Source: Polymyxa betae A26-41
Taxonomy: Eukaryota; Protista; Endomyxa: Phytomyxea
NCBI GenBank assembly: GCA_003693705.1
Contig: RBZT01000106.1
Span: 1-64,000, forward strand
Direction of reading: 5' to 3'
DNA: 64,000 nt
Numbering within the stretch: the stretch's first letter is position 1; each line of letters begins with the position of its first letter. The notes beneath the pieces are model-generated. The model did no database searches, was not told where the DNA came from, and saw only the letters and a program-made list of their open reading frames with translations. Shown here piece by piece: positions 37,956-48,977 of this stretch. A program made the translations under genes and the position numbers.

Positions 37956-39903
37956 TTACAAATTAGTTGGCCGGCACAGTGACATGGATATCTGCTGATT
38001 TCTTTTGAAGCAAGTGACAGCTGGTGACACTTGGCCCTGAATTCCAATGAATGCAGTTCCACAGCTTTTGCCGTTTTTTAAGAATGTTAAAGTTCCACGG
38101 TCCCTCTTATCGTATGATAGAACCATGTCGATGACGTCTCCATCGCAGCATTCCATGGCATAGTTATCAGATTTCCCATTATGGAGCTTCTTTCCAGTCT
38201 GGCAATGAAGTGCCCATGATCTAGTTGTTGCACTTCCGAGCCTAGTCGCAGAGGGGCGTAGATTTCCATTTAGAGCTGAAACCAAGCCTATAGCCATTCC
38301 TTGAGTATTGCCTGCACCTAAACATGATTTTAGCTCCAGACAGCAAAAGAGCTGAAAATAATGTACTGATTTTAAACCTCCAAGCCACAGTGCGAAGCGA
38401 TAGATCACATTTCACAGAAGCTCTAGCTGGGTAAGTGACAAACTGGTTCGACATGAGGTGTTTCACAGTCTGATCATTCGGAACGAAAGCCATCATAGAA
38501 TCAGAAACTTCAGCGAACATCGCCACCAATGGCCGAACTATATTTCGCTGAGCCATCTTTCCAGAAATGTCCTTTGGGATCGCGTTCATAAATGGCTCGT
38601 TCTTCTGCATCGCTCCAGCAAGAATAGCGCCCACCAAAATTAGATTTTTTGGTGCCTACAAGCGTTTTAAGTATGTAAAGGAGTGTATCTGCCTTCTTAC
38701 TGATGATGTTTGGGCTTTCCAAAGGGTTTCTGCAGAAAGGAGTGAAAATCTGCACCTTTTCCATATCATGAGAGTCTCTTCATCAGAAACAACAGGCTTG
38801 GCCTCCATGTAGTGGCAGATGTGCTCATAAATCTGGTCTTCATTGAGGACTCGAAGATCATCACGATCCAACAAACTCAGAACGCTAGTAACAGATAAGG
38901 CTGCAAGCGAATCCACAGGGAGCTCGTGGAAATTCCAAGCAAGAATATCGCAGCATCGATTCTGTACGCCCTGTTAGTTACGCCAAACAAAAGAAAGTAA
39001 TCAGTGTACCTGTAGCGTGGTTAATGATTGCAGGTGGCTGTCTCGAGTGTCTCTGTCGAATTGCGATTGAGAGAACATTTCAACAAGCGTCATCAAGTAT
39101 AGAGCGTCAGCGCCAGGCAATTCGAATGAATGCTCTGAGATGTTTAGCAACAGTACCAATGTATCAGTACGAGACAGCTGGGAGCCATTTTCTCGGAAAA
39201 GGCGCAAAACGCATCTTACAATCTTGTCAGTCGACAGGACACAGTTCGCATGGCCGAAAATCTGATGCAGCCGGGAAGCAGGAATTTTGCTCCACTCCTC
39301 AAATGAGAATTCAGAGAAAGACTTTGCAAGAAGCTCCACGCATTGCCGAATGATGACACCAGAATGCAGACGGAACTTCTCAGCTGCCATTAAGATGTTG
39401 ATCACATTACTTTTGTTGATCAGATCGAACACATCATCTTCCAAGCATGAAAGTAGACTGCCAATTTGAAGAAAATCGGCAATAGCGTAGATACAAGCAA
39501 TGTTATCTTCTGTGAACTGTATGGTGCCCTCATACATGTACTCAAGCACATGATGAAAATACATTTCAACAGCTTTGTCGATTTCTTCCATTTGCACCGT
39601 AGTTGTTGCCGGGCAATTGCAATTTTCAGAGCTACATGTGCAAAGAAGAGCCCTTCCCAGCTGGAGGACAGATTCATCAGAGCCAATAGCAGGATAGAAA
39701 TGGAACTGATTGTAAAAGTATGTAGATGAACGAGCTCCTAATCCTAAAACATAGCGATGCACCGGAAAGCGTCGGTTTCGTATAATTACAGTCCAATCAG
39801 CTAATAGACCATCTCTCCAAGAGGCGTTTGAATGTGAAACTGTGCTATCAGATATGGTAGACAACAGATTATTGTCATTCGAAGATAAAGAAGTCATAAT
39901 CAT
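37956..39903 (-). CDS. BTB-BACK-SPRY protein (probable CUL3 adaptor)
   Basis: DWTVII...FPVHRYVL...STYF, EYMYEG, ADFLQI (BTB); LRVLNEDQIY (BACK); GDVIDMVL...GTLTFLKNGKSCGTAF...PAV (SPRY). Confidence 0.85.
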
Positions 39904-40263
39904 CGTCAAATAAAAAATAGCAGCAGTCTATGAAATTACCGACAGTTGCTATGATTCGAGAACCAACATGTTGGTTCTAGATCAATAAGCAGCATGACTC
40001 AACGATCGGACTCATGAGGAGCCGACTTCGAGATTTCAAGTTAAAGGCAGACAATGTCTCTCTCCATGGAGAACAACAATTCAGCTACAAGGCGGCAAAC
40101 AGCGCCATGGAAATGTGAAATTCGGACAGAATTAAAGAATAAAGAAAACCCTAATGGGAGAGAGGGCTACATCTATCAGATTGATGTCTAAAAATGACAT
40201 GTCATGAAGAGGCCACGTTCAACACTCGGATAAAGGGCCATTTGACAATTTGACGAATAACAG

Positions 40264-42001
40264 ATGACGTCTCCAATCTATCAATGTGTGTTCAGACGTG
40301 CTGGTCAGCATACCGAGTCATGTTCGTCGTCGACGTGCACACATGAAGGTGTTCTCGATCTGCATTGTGTCGTGAAATCAGGGCACGTTTGCAACACCTT
40401 CGCGGTTCTTGTTTTGGCAGCTCCTAGAAATTGTCTTCCAATTCATCTTGCCCGGTTGGGTGGTCTTGACGTCGCAGCGGTTGGTTTGATCTCTATCCGC
40501 TATAAGCATAAGCTTTATGGGGGTTGCAGATAACCGGGTGGCGTCGGTTGATTCATAGCAACTCTGGCCAGCAATCAATTATTGTTGAATTCGCTGAACC
40601 CGATTATGCATTGCAACTTTGCTGTGTAGCCAATGGAAAGCTTTTTAGCGAATCCAACCCTGCTGGTACTATCGAACTTTACCAATATCAAGCTTTGTAA
40701 TATTTGCAATATAGAGATTTGTTATACACTTGCACTTGAATACATAATCAGTCTCGAGTGCTGCAGTGTAAATGAATCGAACTTCCCTTCTTTGTTGAAT
40801 CCTAATCCAGATCATCAGGTGGATTAGCTGCTTCTTCATCAAAGATTTGTACTGAAATGCTAAAAATTAGATTCCGAGCTGTCCCAGATGCTTAGAGCGG
40901 CTTGATGTTTCTATAAGTGGTTTGCCTCCTCCAAACTGCTTACATAGATTTGAGTCTCCGCCATCACTTCATTCATGCCAATGTGTCTCTAATTGGTCTA
41001 ATATTGACTGCAAACTTTGTCGTAATGTCCAGATATCATCGTAAGCACTCGTTCTTCTGTTTTCATTGCAGTAATTGTTGCTATGCAGTCCTGGCGAATT
41101 TCATTGCGAAACGTGTTCCACTCGAGACAGACTTTGGATTTGCCTTCTCTGCTGCCATATCGGCTGCAATCGTTTCCATAAAAGTCATGCCATAGAACAT
41201 TTTCACTCGACTGGGGTAATACCTGATCATCATCTAGCCTCCCATCATTTTAACAGAGAATTAGCATCGCTATTCTTTAGAACTGACCAACGCTATCAGT
41301 TTGTGGGATTACAAAGGCGATGGCTATATTCACCGAATATTACCTGGTGATTCCAAGAACAATTCGACATCATCTCCCAGACGTCAAACAGTGTTCAAGA
41401 AACCGGCTGGCGATGCAGATGATTCCTTAACAGATGCGAAACTGGAAAGCCTAATAATGTATTATAATCAAATGCTTGTTAGCCAACTCCAAGCGCAAAT
41501 TGATCATTTCAATCGTATTCAATCTAGCATCTCTGGACCTTTATAACTTGAAGATTTAGTGAATATGTCGGAGGAGAACGAAAAACAGACGTCAGCAATC
41601 AAACAGAAACGAGAACTCGTGTTTTCAGAACGAGCTATCCTGCAACAACTTGAAGGCAAGGAAGCATCACTTAGCAAAATTGCCTCGGTTTGAATCGAGT
41701 TTGTTACGCGTACGTGCTCTCACTTTGCAGAACAGATTCAACAGAGGAAGCTGGCCAAGACCAGAGGAAGATTATCAAAGGTGGAATCAGAAATCAACCA
41801 GGTCAAGCAGTGCAATATGAACATTATGAGAAACATTGTAAGGAAAGAAGAATGTCTCAGTTCAATGTTCAATCTCCATTTATTTAGGTCCAGTTGAATT
41901 CGGAGTTGGATGCCCTTCAAAAACACCACGAAGAGCTACAGCAGAAGCGAATTCTCGAGCTTCAAGAGAAAATCAATAAAACTATGCAACAGTTATCTTA
42001 G
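40264..42001 (+). CDS. BRAP: BRCA1-associated protein BRAP/ETP1-like (ZnF-UBP, coiled coil)
   Basis: CETC...LWICLLCCHIGCNRFHKSHAIEHF; WDYKGDGYIHRI; DAKLESLIMYYNQMLVSQL. 5' exon structure uncertain. Confidence 0.75.
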
Positions 42002-42022
42002 AATGAGCTCTTTCCAGATTAA

Positions 42023-42681
42023 TCATAGAAGCATTGCTGCCTCCTTGAGTTTGGCAGCTGCTTTACGTCTTGTTCTTTGGACAGCAACGTTTCGCTTTGT
42101 TTTTGGCTTTTCAACCTCCTCCGTAATAATATTCTCGGCGTTCTCTCCACTCATACTTTGCGATCTTGTAATTCTTCGAGGAGTCTCGTAGAAGTTTTCC
42201 TTCACAATAGTTTTTTTTACGCCTGGAAACAATTAATTCCTGCATTTCTGTGCAAAAATTATCTACCTGACTTCACAGCTGAGAGATTTGTAGTATCGGC
42301 TAATGGCGCTCTTCTTCGTAATTTAGGCGTAGATTCAACCCAGGTATCTTAGAAAACGCTCAGACAGAGTGAATGCTTGGAGAAAAATGTTACCAATATC
42401 CTTCTGTATCTTGAGCGTATGCGATTGTTCGGGTTTGTAGACTTCACCATTAAAACTGTCTAAGAAGGTACCAAGGTTCATCTCTCGAATATGTTGTGGA
42501 AGGCGGGCAATTTCAACTTCCACATTTAACTGAAATGTTCGCGACTGATTTAGAGCAATCTGCATGATTTTTGCAATCATATCATCGACTGAAACCAATT
42601 TCAGCACTGTCGTTAGAGCAGCATATCCATTCCCATACGTTGCAGTTCGACCTCATCGAGGCAATCTAGACGCATCTTCAT
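42023..42681 (-). CDS. Borealin/Nbl1-like chromosomal passenger subunit
   Basis: EVEIARLPQHIREMNLGTFLDSFNG resembles the Nbl1/Borealin N-terminal helix; TPxR-type sites in the tail. Confidence 0.6.
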
Positions 42682-43013
42682 ATTTGAGCACCAAACCTTA
42701 ACCCGAATAGACAAACAGCGACTCGCTCACTGAAAAGCAAGCCGGCCTAATGCAAATGCTATGGCTTTGTGACTGCAGACAAAATCAGGCGGGAACCCGA
42801 ATCTGATGATTTCAGTAAGGTCTGAACTCAGAAATATGAAATCAGCCTTCCGTAACATTCTACGCGCCTTTGCTATTCAACCTCCCGACTTAGATTCGCT
42901 TTTTTATAAAATTACTGAAATATTAATTGGATTATATTTATGAACGCCTCTAACCATTTATTAAAGAATCTTTAAAAGCATAGTTGGAATCAGTCCAGAC
43001 CATGAAAAGTTGT

Positions 43014-43835
43014 TTAAACGCAACGGCCAGCTAGGCATGCCATGTTTAAAGGCAGTGGATATAGCGACTGCAGTATGAGATCGGTTTTCACTCTGCCAGA
43101 GCTGTTCTCAGGTAGAAAAGTGGCGGTTACTGAGCTTAATGACGGAAGAAATAAATCGTCACCAGGAAGTTTTCCGGTACAATCCTGAGAATTCAATAAT
43201 AAAAAATCTACTCTATTGAGGTCGTCAGGAACCTCACCCCTGGGTGGACATTACAGGTTGCCGATGATACTAATAGCTCTTCATCAAATGTAGATTCACA
43301 TGTTGATAATGAACAATGAATAACTTCAGCGACATCAGAATAGAAGCCGGCATCTGTGTTTCTGGATTCTACGCTGAATATCATCGTACTTTGGTTTAAA
43401 TTAAGATCCACGTAGGCGTAATGGTCAATAAGATTCAGAATACTGCTTGTGATATCGGGGACTATCTGACATCCAATTAAAGCCGCTTCTTTTGGACCTG
43501 GAAGAGCCTGCCAACTCAAGGTACGATTCGAGCACACTGAAGAATCAGTCACGAAATTGCATTCTTGTCCTTCATATCCTATCAGAATATGAAAACAAAC
43601 CAATTGCCAGAGTAGATTTTCACAAACCATCAGGACAGATGCAAACTGTTGTTCGCTGATTTTCGTATGGACCTGCCAGCTTCGTCATGCAATCAGACTG
43701 CCTGATGTAGGCACCGTTCGTGCAAGACAGCATGGCTTGTGTGCAGTTCAGCTGCATTGGATCGGATTCGACGTTTAGTTCGCTCGGATCTTGAGCTGAC
43801 ACCAAGGTCGCAAGGATTACGGCAAACAGCAACAT
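43014..43835 (-). CDS. Secreted Cys-rich EGF-like protein resembling the ADP1-type ABCG ectodomain
   Basis: Signal peptide MLLFAVILATLVSA; CICPDG/YEGQECN, HCSLSTC, terminal MACLAGRCV*; no TM or ABC domain follows. Confidence 0.7.
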
Positions 43836-44081
43836 CAGAGGGGATAGTAGCTGACAAACAGCATAGAATGTACTCTCCAACGATCGGCCAGTATTGTCAC
43901 ATTGCGAGCAGATATTTGTATATATTGAAACTGAAATAAAACCGTTTCAAATTGCTCAAGTGAGGATGGTGCGTGAATGGCACTTGAGGGGCGCGGCCTA
44001 CCTTTCTTCTGGTCCATCTGATGGGTTGCAACATCATATCGATTCACTCTTTCATTGATCTTTGCAACCAAACCTTCAGCC

Positions 44082-45402
44082 ATGTCGACTGCAAATGAGG
44101 CGCCATCTTCCGGTCCAGAGCCGACCGCGGCCAACGAAGGTCGCGAAACATTCACGATGGAGGAACTGGATAGGCGTATGAAGGGGCTGTTGGAAGTTCA
44201 AAAACAGCTTGTTACTCGTGATCCGCGAGAAGAGCTCAGTACTGCTATCTTATTGGACCGCGCCCATAAGGTTCAGCAGATCCTTGAGGTTGTTTTTTCA
44301 CTTTTCGCCGTATTGTTTGTCAATTTGTTGCTTTAGGGCCATCCTGATCTTTCGTCAGAATTCACCCCTGCAATTCTGTTCGCTTCCGCCTTGTCCGGAA
44401 AGCCAAATCTTCTCAAATTGGCAATTTCGATGGGCGCCGATATCAATACACCTGCTAAGGATGGCATGCCGACCTTAGTCTCAGCTTGCCGTACTCGCAG
44501 CACTACTAATCCAGGTCAGGGGCGATTGCAGACCTGTGAAATCAATTAACGACGTTATCTGATAGAAATTTGGAAGACATTATTGGAAAACGGTGTTGAT
44601 CTGCTTGCTAATGATGGCCATTTCTCTCCTTTACAGAAAGCCATCAATAACGAAGATTCTGAACTTATCAAGGCTTTGATTGCTCATGGGGTTGATCCTA
44701 ATCAAGCTGATGAGAAAGGAACACCATTGTACTTCTCCCTTCATATGAACAGCATTGCATCATTCTATACACTGTTGGAATGCAAAGCTGATCCCAACAT
44801 CCAGAACCGTGGTCAGAGTCTGCTTCACTACGTTCCTCAACACAGAGAGATCAAGGTAGAATCAAATAATCTTTGTCAATCGTCTATGTAATGGTTCTAA
44901 ATAGGAGGGTGTGGCTGTAACTGAAGCTTTGATCAAAGCTGGGGCTAAGATTGATGCCCCTGATCGCAAAAATTTGACTCCATTCCTCGTTGCTGTTTCC
45001 TATGGTCGTCTTGATATCATGAAAACTCTTTCCAAAGCGGGTGCCAATATCAATGCCCTCGATGGTACTGGTGGCAATGCAGCTTGGGTATTTGTTAACA
45101 GTGCTGTTGGTGTTCACCATCCTGAGTGCATCAAATGGCTACTCGAACAAGGAATTGACATGAACCAGAAGGTTCGGATCTGTTCTCAGAACAGGAGATA
45201 GGTGAATCTAAAAGTGTCACAGGTCGGTAAATATGAGACACCTGTTTCGCGCTTGCAGAAATTTGTCGTTGGAGTGACTGATAGCGATGTTTACACCAAC
45301 ATCGCTAGTATCTTCAAAGAATTTGGAGCTCGCTTTGAAGAGGAAAGCGACGATGACCTGAACGAGGAAGCCGTAAGCAAGAGCGAAGGTGCTACTCAGT
45401 AA
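44082..45402 (+). CDS. Ankyrin-repeat protein
   Basis: SPLQKAI, GTPLYF, GQSLLH, LTPFLVAVSYGRLDIMKTLSKAGANIN. Confidence 0.9.
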
Positions 45403-45592
45403 TGTAATCCAGAAATTCTAATGTAATACACGGTTATATGAGACCTCGTGGGTTTTGCACATTTTTATCCATGAAATGGCGAGCTCGTCACTCGACATGT
45501 TTCGACGATTTTAAAAAAGGGAAAAAACTGCGCAAACCTCCGCAACGATTCCATCGAATTTGCGACTTTCATCGAAAGTCAAATCACTCAAA

Positions 45593-46799
45593 ATGTCTGA
45601 ACTTGAAGGTCAGAATTCTGTTAATTATCGTTCAACTATTCAGCTCAGACGGATTCTTGCCCTACCGGATCTAGACGATGATGGAAGACCGGGCCGCTAT
45701 TTGAAGATTGCCGCTCCGATGGTCCGGTATTCCAAGGTAAAAGGGAACTGTGCTTCCACCACTACTAAGCAACAGATTCTGATTTCTCAGCTCAGCTGCC
45801 TTTCCGGCTATTAGCATTGAAGTTGGTCGATTCATGTGCAGAATGCAGTGATCTAAACGCCTTCCAGATACGGATGCGATGCCTGCTTCACACCGATGAT
45901 TATCGCTCAGGCGTTCAATCGTTCGGAGGCATCTCGTGATTCGGATTTCAGCACGTGTGAAGACGATCGACAAGTCGTGGTTCAGTTCGCTGCCAACGAC
46001 CCGAACGAGTTCGTGGCTGCCGCCAGAAAGGTCGCTGCTGCCGGCATTCGCCATGTTGATCTGAACTGTGGCTGTCCTCAAGGCTGGGCTATGAAAGACG
46101 GGTGAATTATCACACCATATCTCTCTATCATGTTATTAAGGGTTGATTTCAGTCTAGGTGCTGCGTTAAGCTCTGATCCCGATCTTGTATGCGATATGGT
46201 TCGAGCTGTTAAGCAACACCTCCCCGATATGCACGTCTCCATCAAGATCCGTCTCTGTCGCGATTTCGATCGTACATTGCGGCTGATTCGTCAGGCAGAA
46301 GATGCCGGTGTCGCTTTTATCACTGTCCATGGTAGAACGGCAGCCGAACGCACCAGCGTTCCTGTCCATCTTGAAAGCATTCGTCGTATTAAAGGTCTAC
46401 TCCATTGCCTATCTCTCTCCTGATCCAAATTCACAGTTTTGGACAGAATTCGCTCGAGTTCCCATTATCGCTAATGGCGATGCTTTCTCGGCGCTGCATG
46501 CTGATGAGATTGTTGCGGCGACGGGCGTGGATGGTGTTATGAGCGCTCGAGGATTGCTATCAAACCCAGCTATGTTTGGTGGCCATGAACAGGTACCTCT
46601 TCAGGCTGCCGTTGAATACGTTCGTCTGGCTTTATTGTATGGAGGACCTTTCTTCATTCACATTCATCATATCATGTATATGATAGATCGGTATCTAACT
46701 CCAACCGATCGCCGCCATCTTCATTCACTGACATCGCTGGCGGCTGTCGTCGACTTCTTCCGATCAAGGAACTGGATCCCAATAAATTGGGCTATCTAA
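45593..46799 (+). CDS. DUS4L: tRNA-dihydrouridine synthase 4-like
   Basis: KIAAPMVRYSK, VQFAAN, VDLNCGCPQ, ITVHGRT, IANGD, GVMSARGLLSNPAMF. Confidence 0.92.
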
Positions 46800-47065
46800 T
46801 CATCGATATTGGTTGTAGCATCCCGATTAGAATCTGAGATCACTCCGGTGGTATTCTCCTTTTGTCACGATCAAAACCCTAGCTCGATATCCTTCAGTGT
46901 AGAAGAGCGTCTAACTTCCACTAAAGCACTTCATGATCCATGACGTTCTTTTCACCCTTGGCGAGTCGTCCAACAGAAAGAAGCAGAGTTGAGAAGACAA
47001 TAAGGTCAGCTGAATAACTTCCAAGCAGGATGGTGGTCTTAACTATCATGTGAACGTTAAGATCA

Positions 47066-48942
47066 ATGTCGTGTACCAGAGAGAGTATTTCGGCAGCCAT
47101 GTCGTCGCCGGTGTCCCGGTCTCCATCGTCACCGGCAAGTTATGATGAGATGGGAGACGACCCACCATCGCCTGTAATACGACGTAATTCATCGGAGATC
47201 GTCCGGATCTTGAAATCGACACGCTCAGAAGCGACCCGGATCCAGTCGTTCGCCGATGTCATCGACGAGCTCTCCATGCTGGAATCCGCCTTGAAACACA
47301 TTCGCAGCGTTCTGATCGCGAAATCGTCGTCGATTCGTGCCACATTCAGGCGCCTGGATCGCGAATCCTACGGCTACATCGACATCGGCGATTTTCGCCG
47401 CGCCCTGGACGATGCCGAACTGACACCGGATGAGAAGGATATGGTCTGCACTTTCGCCAACGCCAATGGCACCGGAAAGATCGATTATCTGGCCTTCTTC
47501 AACCTTTTATTTCGAGATCATTACCAGATCAAACGCGATCTGATCGCCAGAAGCTCCCTGAGACAGGTCATGGTCGTGTTTCGTCACGGCGCTCGGTTCC
47601 CGCTGAAGCCCTTCCCGCTGGACGCCTCCTGGCCGAAAGACGCCCTGTTCTGGAAGATGTACGGCGGGAAGCTGACACCAACAGGCCAGGCGCAATGCAT
47701 TCAGGTCGGCGATCTGCTTCGCAGGCGATACCTTCTGGTAGGGAGCAGTAAGGGTTAGGGTTTTAGGGGGTTTCAGCCATCATACTCACAGGACGAGCAT
47801 CTGCTGAGCGAAGACGACCCCAATCTTCCCGATGAGCTCTACGTTTACACCAGTAACAGCGATCGGACGCTGACGTCCGCACAGTCGGTCGTGCTGGGCA
47901 TGTTCCCGAATGTGGCACAGAGCTTCGCCATTGAGAGGACCGCTGCCGATGATCATCCATCTGATGGAGACAGCGACGGTCCCACGAACGGTGATGACGA
48001 TGGCATGCCGTATCAGTCTATCAAGATCCATCTGGCGGATTTATCGGTGTCGTACCGGCCCCTGCTGCATGGCTACAAGAACAATCCGCGATATACGGCT
48101 CTGAAAGCAGACCAATTCGCGCGATCGCCCGTGTTTGCTGAGGTCGGCGCTGACCCCAAATATCAGACGCTACTTGACAAGTTGTATAAGGTAAGGAAGA
48201 GAGACAGTGCCATCCTGAAACCCTAATACCCTTAACCCCTAGATGACTGGGTTCCATGCAATCAGTCCAATCCTGCCGAATGTCGAACGTGTCCAGGCTC
48301 TGCAGACGCTGTCGCAGCAGATTGCTATCGAACGCGCCCATCATATGCGCCTGTTCACAAACCGCAATCGAATCTGGCTGGAACCCAATGACGAATGCCT
48401 GATTCGGGCCGTCGCTGACTACGCCGTCCGTCTGCGGTATCAAGGCCTAAACGATGAAGCCCAACGGCAGATGGCACGTTTGGCAGCTGGGACTCTACCC
48501 ATTGAACTACGTACGTCGTGAACAGACGCCTATTGCTAGATTGGTTGACATCGTCACCACCGAAGTGAACGGATTTGATGCGGTCATCGAGCAGCGGTCG
48601 GCGAGAAAACTGGCGCTGTACTCTGCGCACGACAACACGATCATGGCGCTGCTCTCACATCTCGGATTTCGCGACTGGCCCGTGCCACAATTCGGCGCTC
48701 ATTGCATCTTCGAGCTACATCATGACGAGGACGATGGCTGGACAGTTCGGTTCGCATACAACGACCAGATTGACAGGCTCCAGACTATGCAGTACGTACA
48801 GCTGCCGCTGGGAAACGATATCATTCCCTGGGCGGGCGCCATACCGGGCGTCGTCTCGTATCGGAATTGGAGCCGTAGCCTGCGCGAGAACCGCAATACG
48901 ATTCGCGACGAGAGCGACTGGGCCCAATGTAGTCAAATATAG
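47066..48942 (+). CDS. EF-hand + histidine acid phosphatase (branch 2) fusion
   Basis: DRESYGYIDIGD and NANGTGKIDYLA loops; RHGARFP, LTPTG, RTLTSA and HDNT motifs; introns 47738-47791, 48191-48242 and 48511-48565. Confidence 0.9.
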
Positions 48943-48977
48943 CACCAAAGATTTGAAAACTTTGTTGTTTAGGGTTG

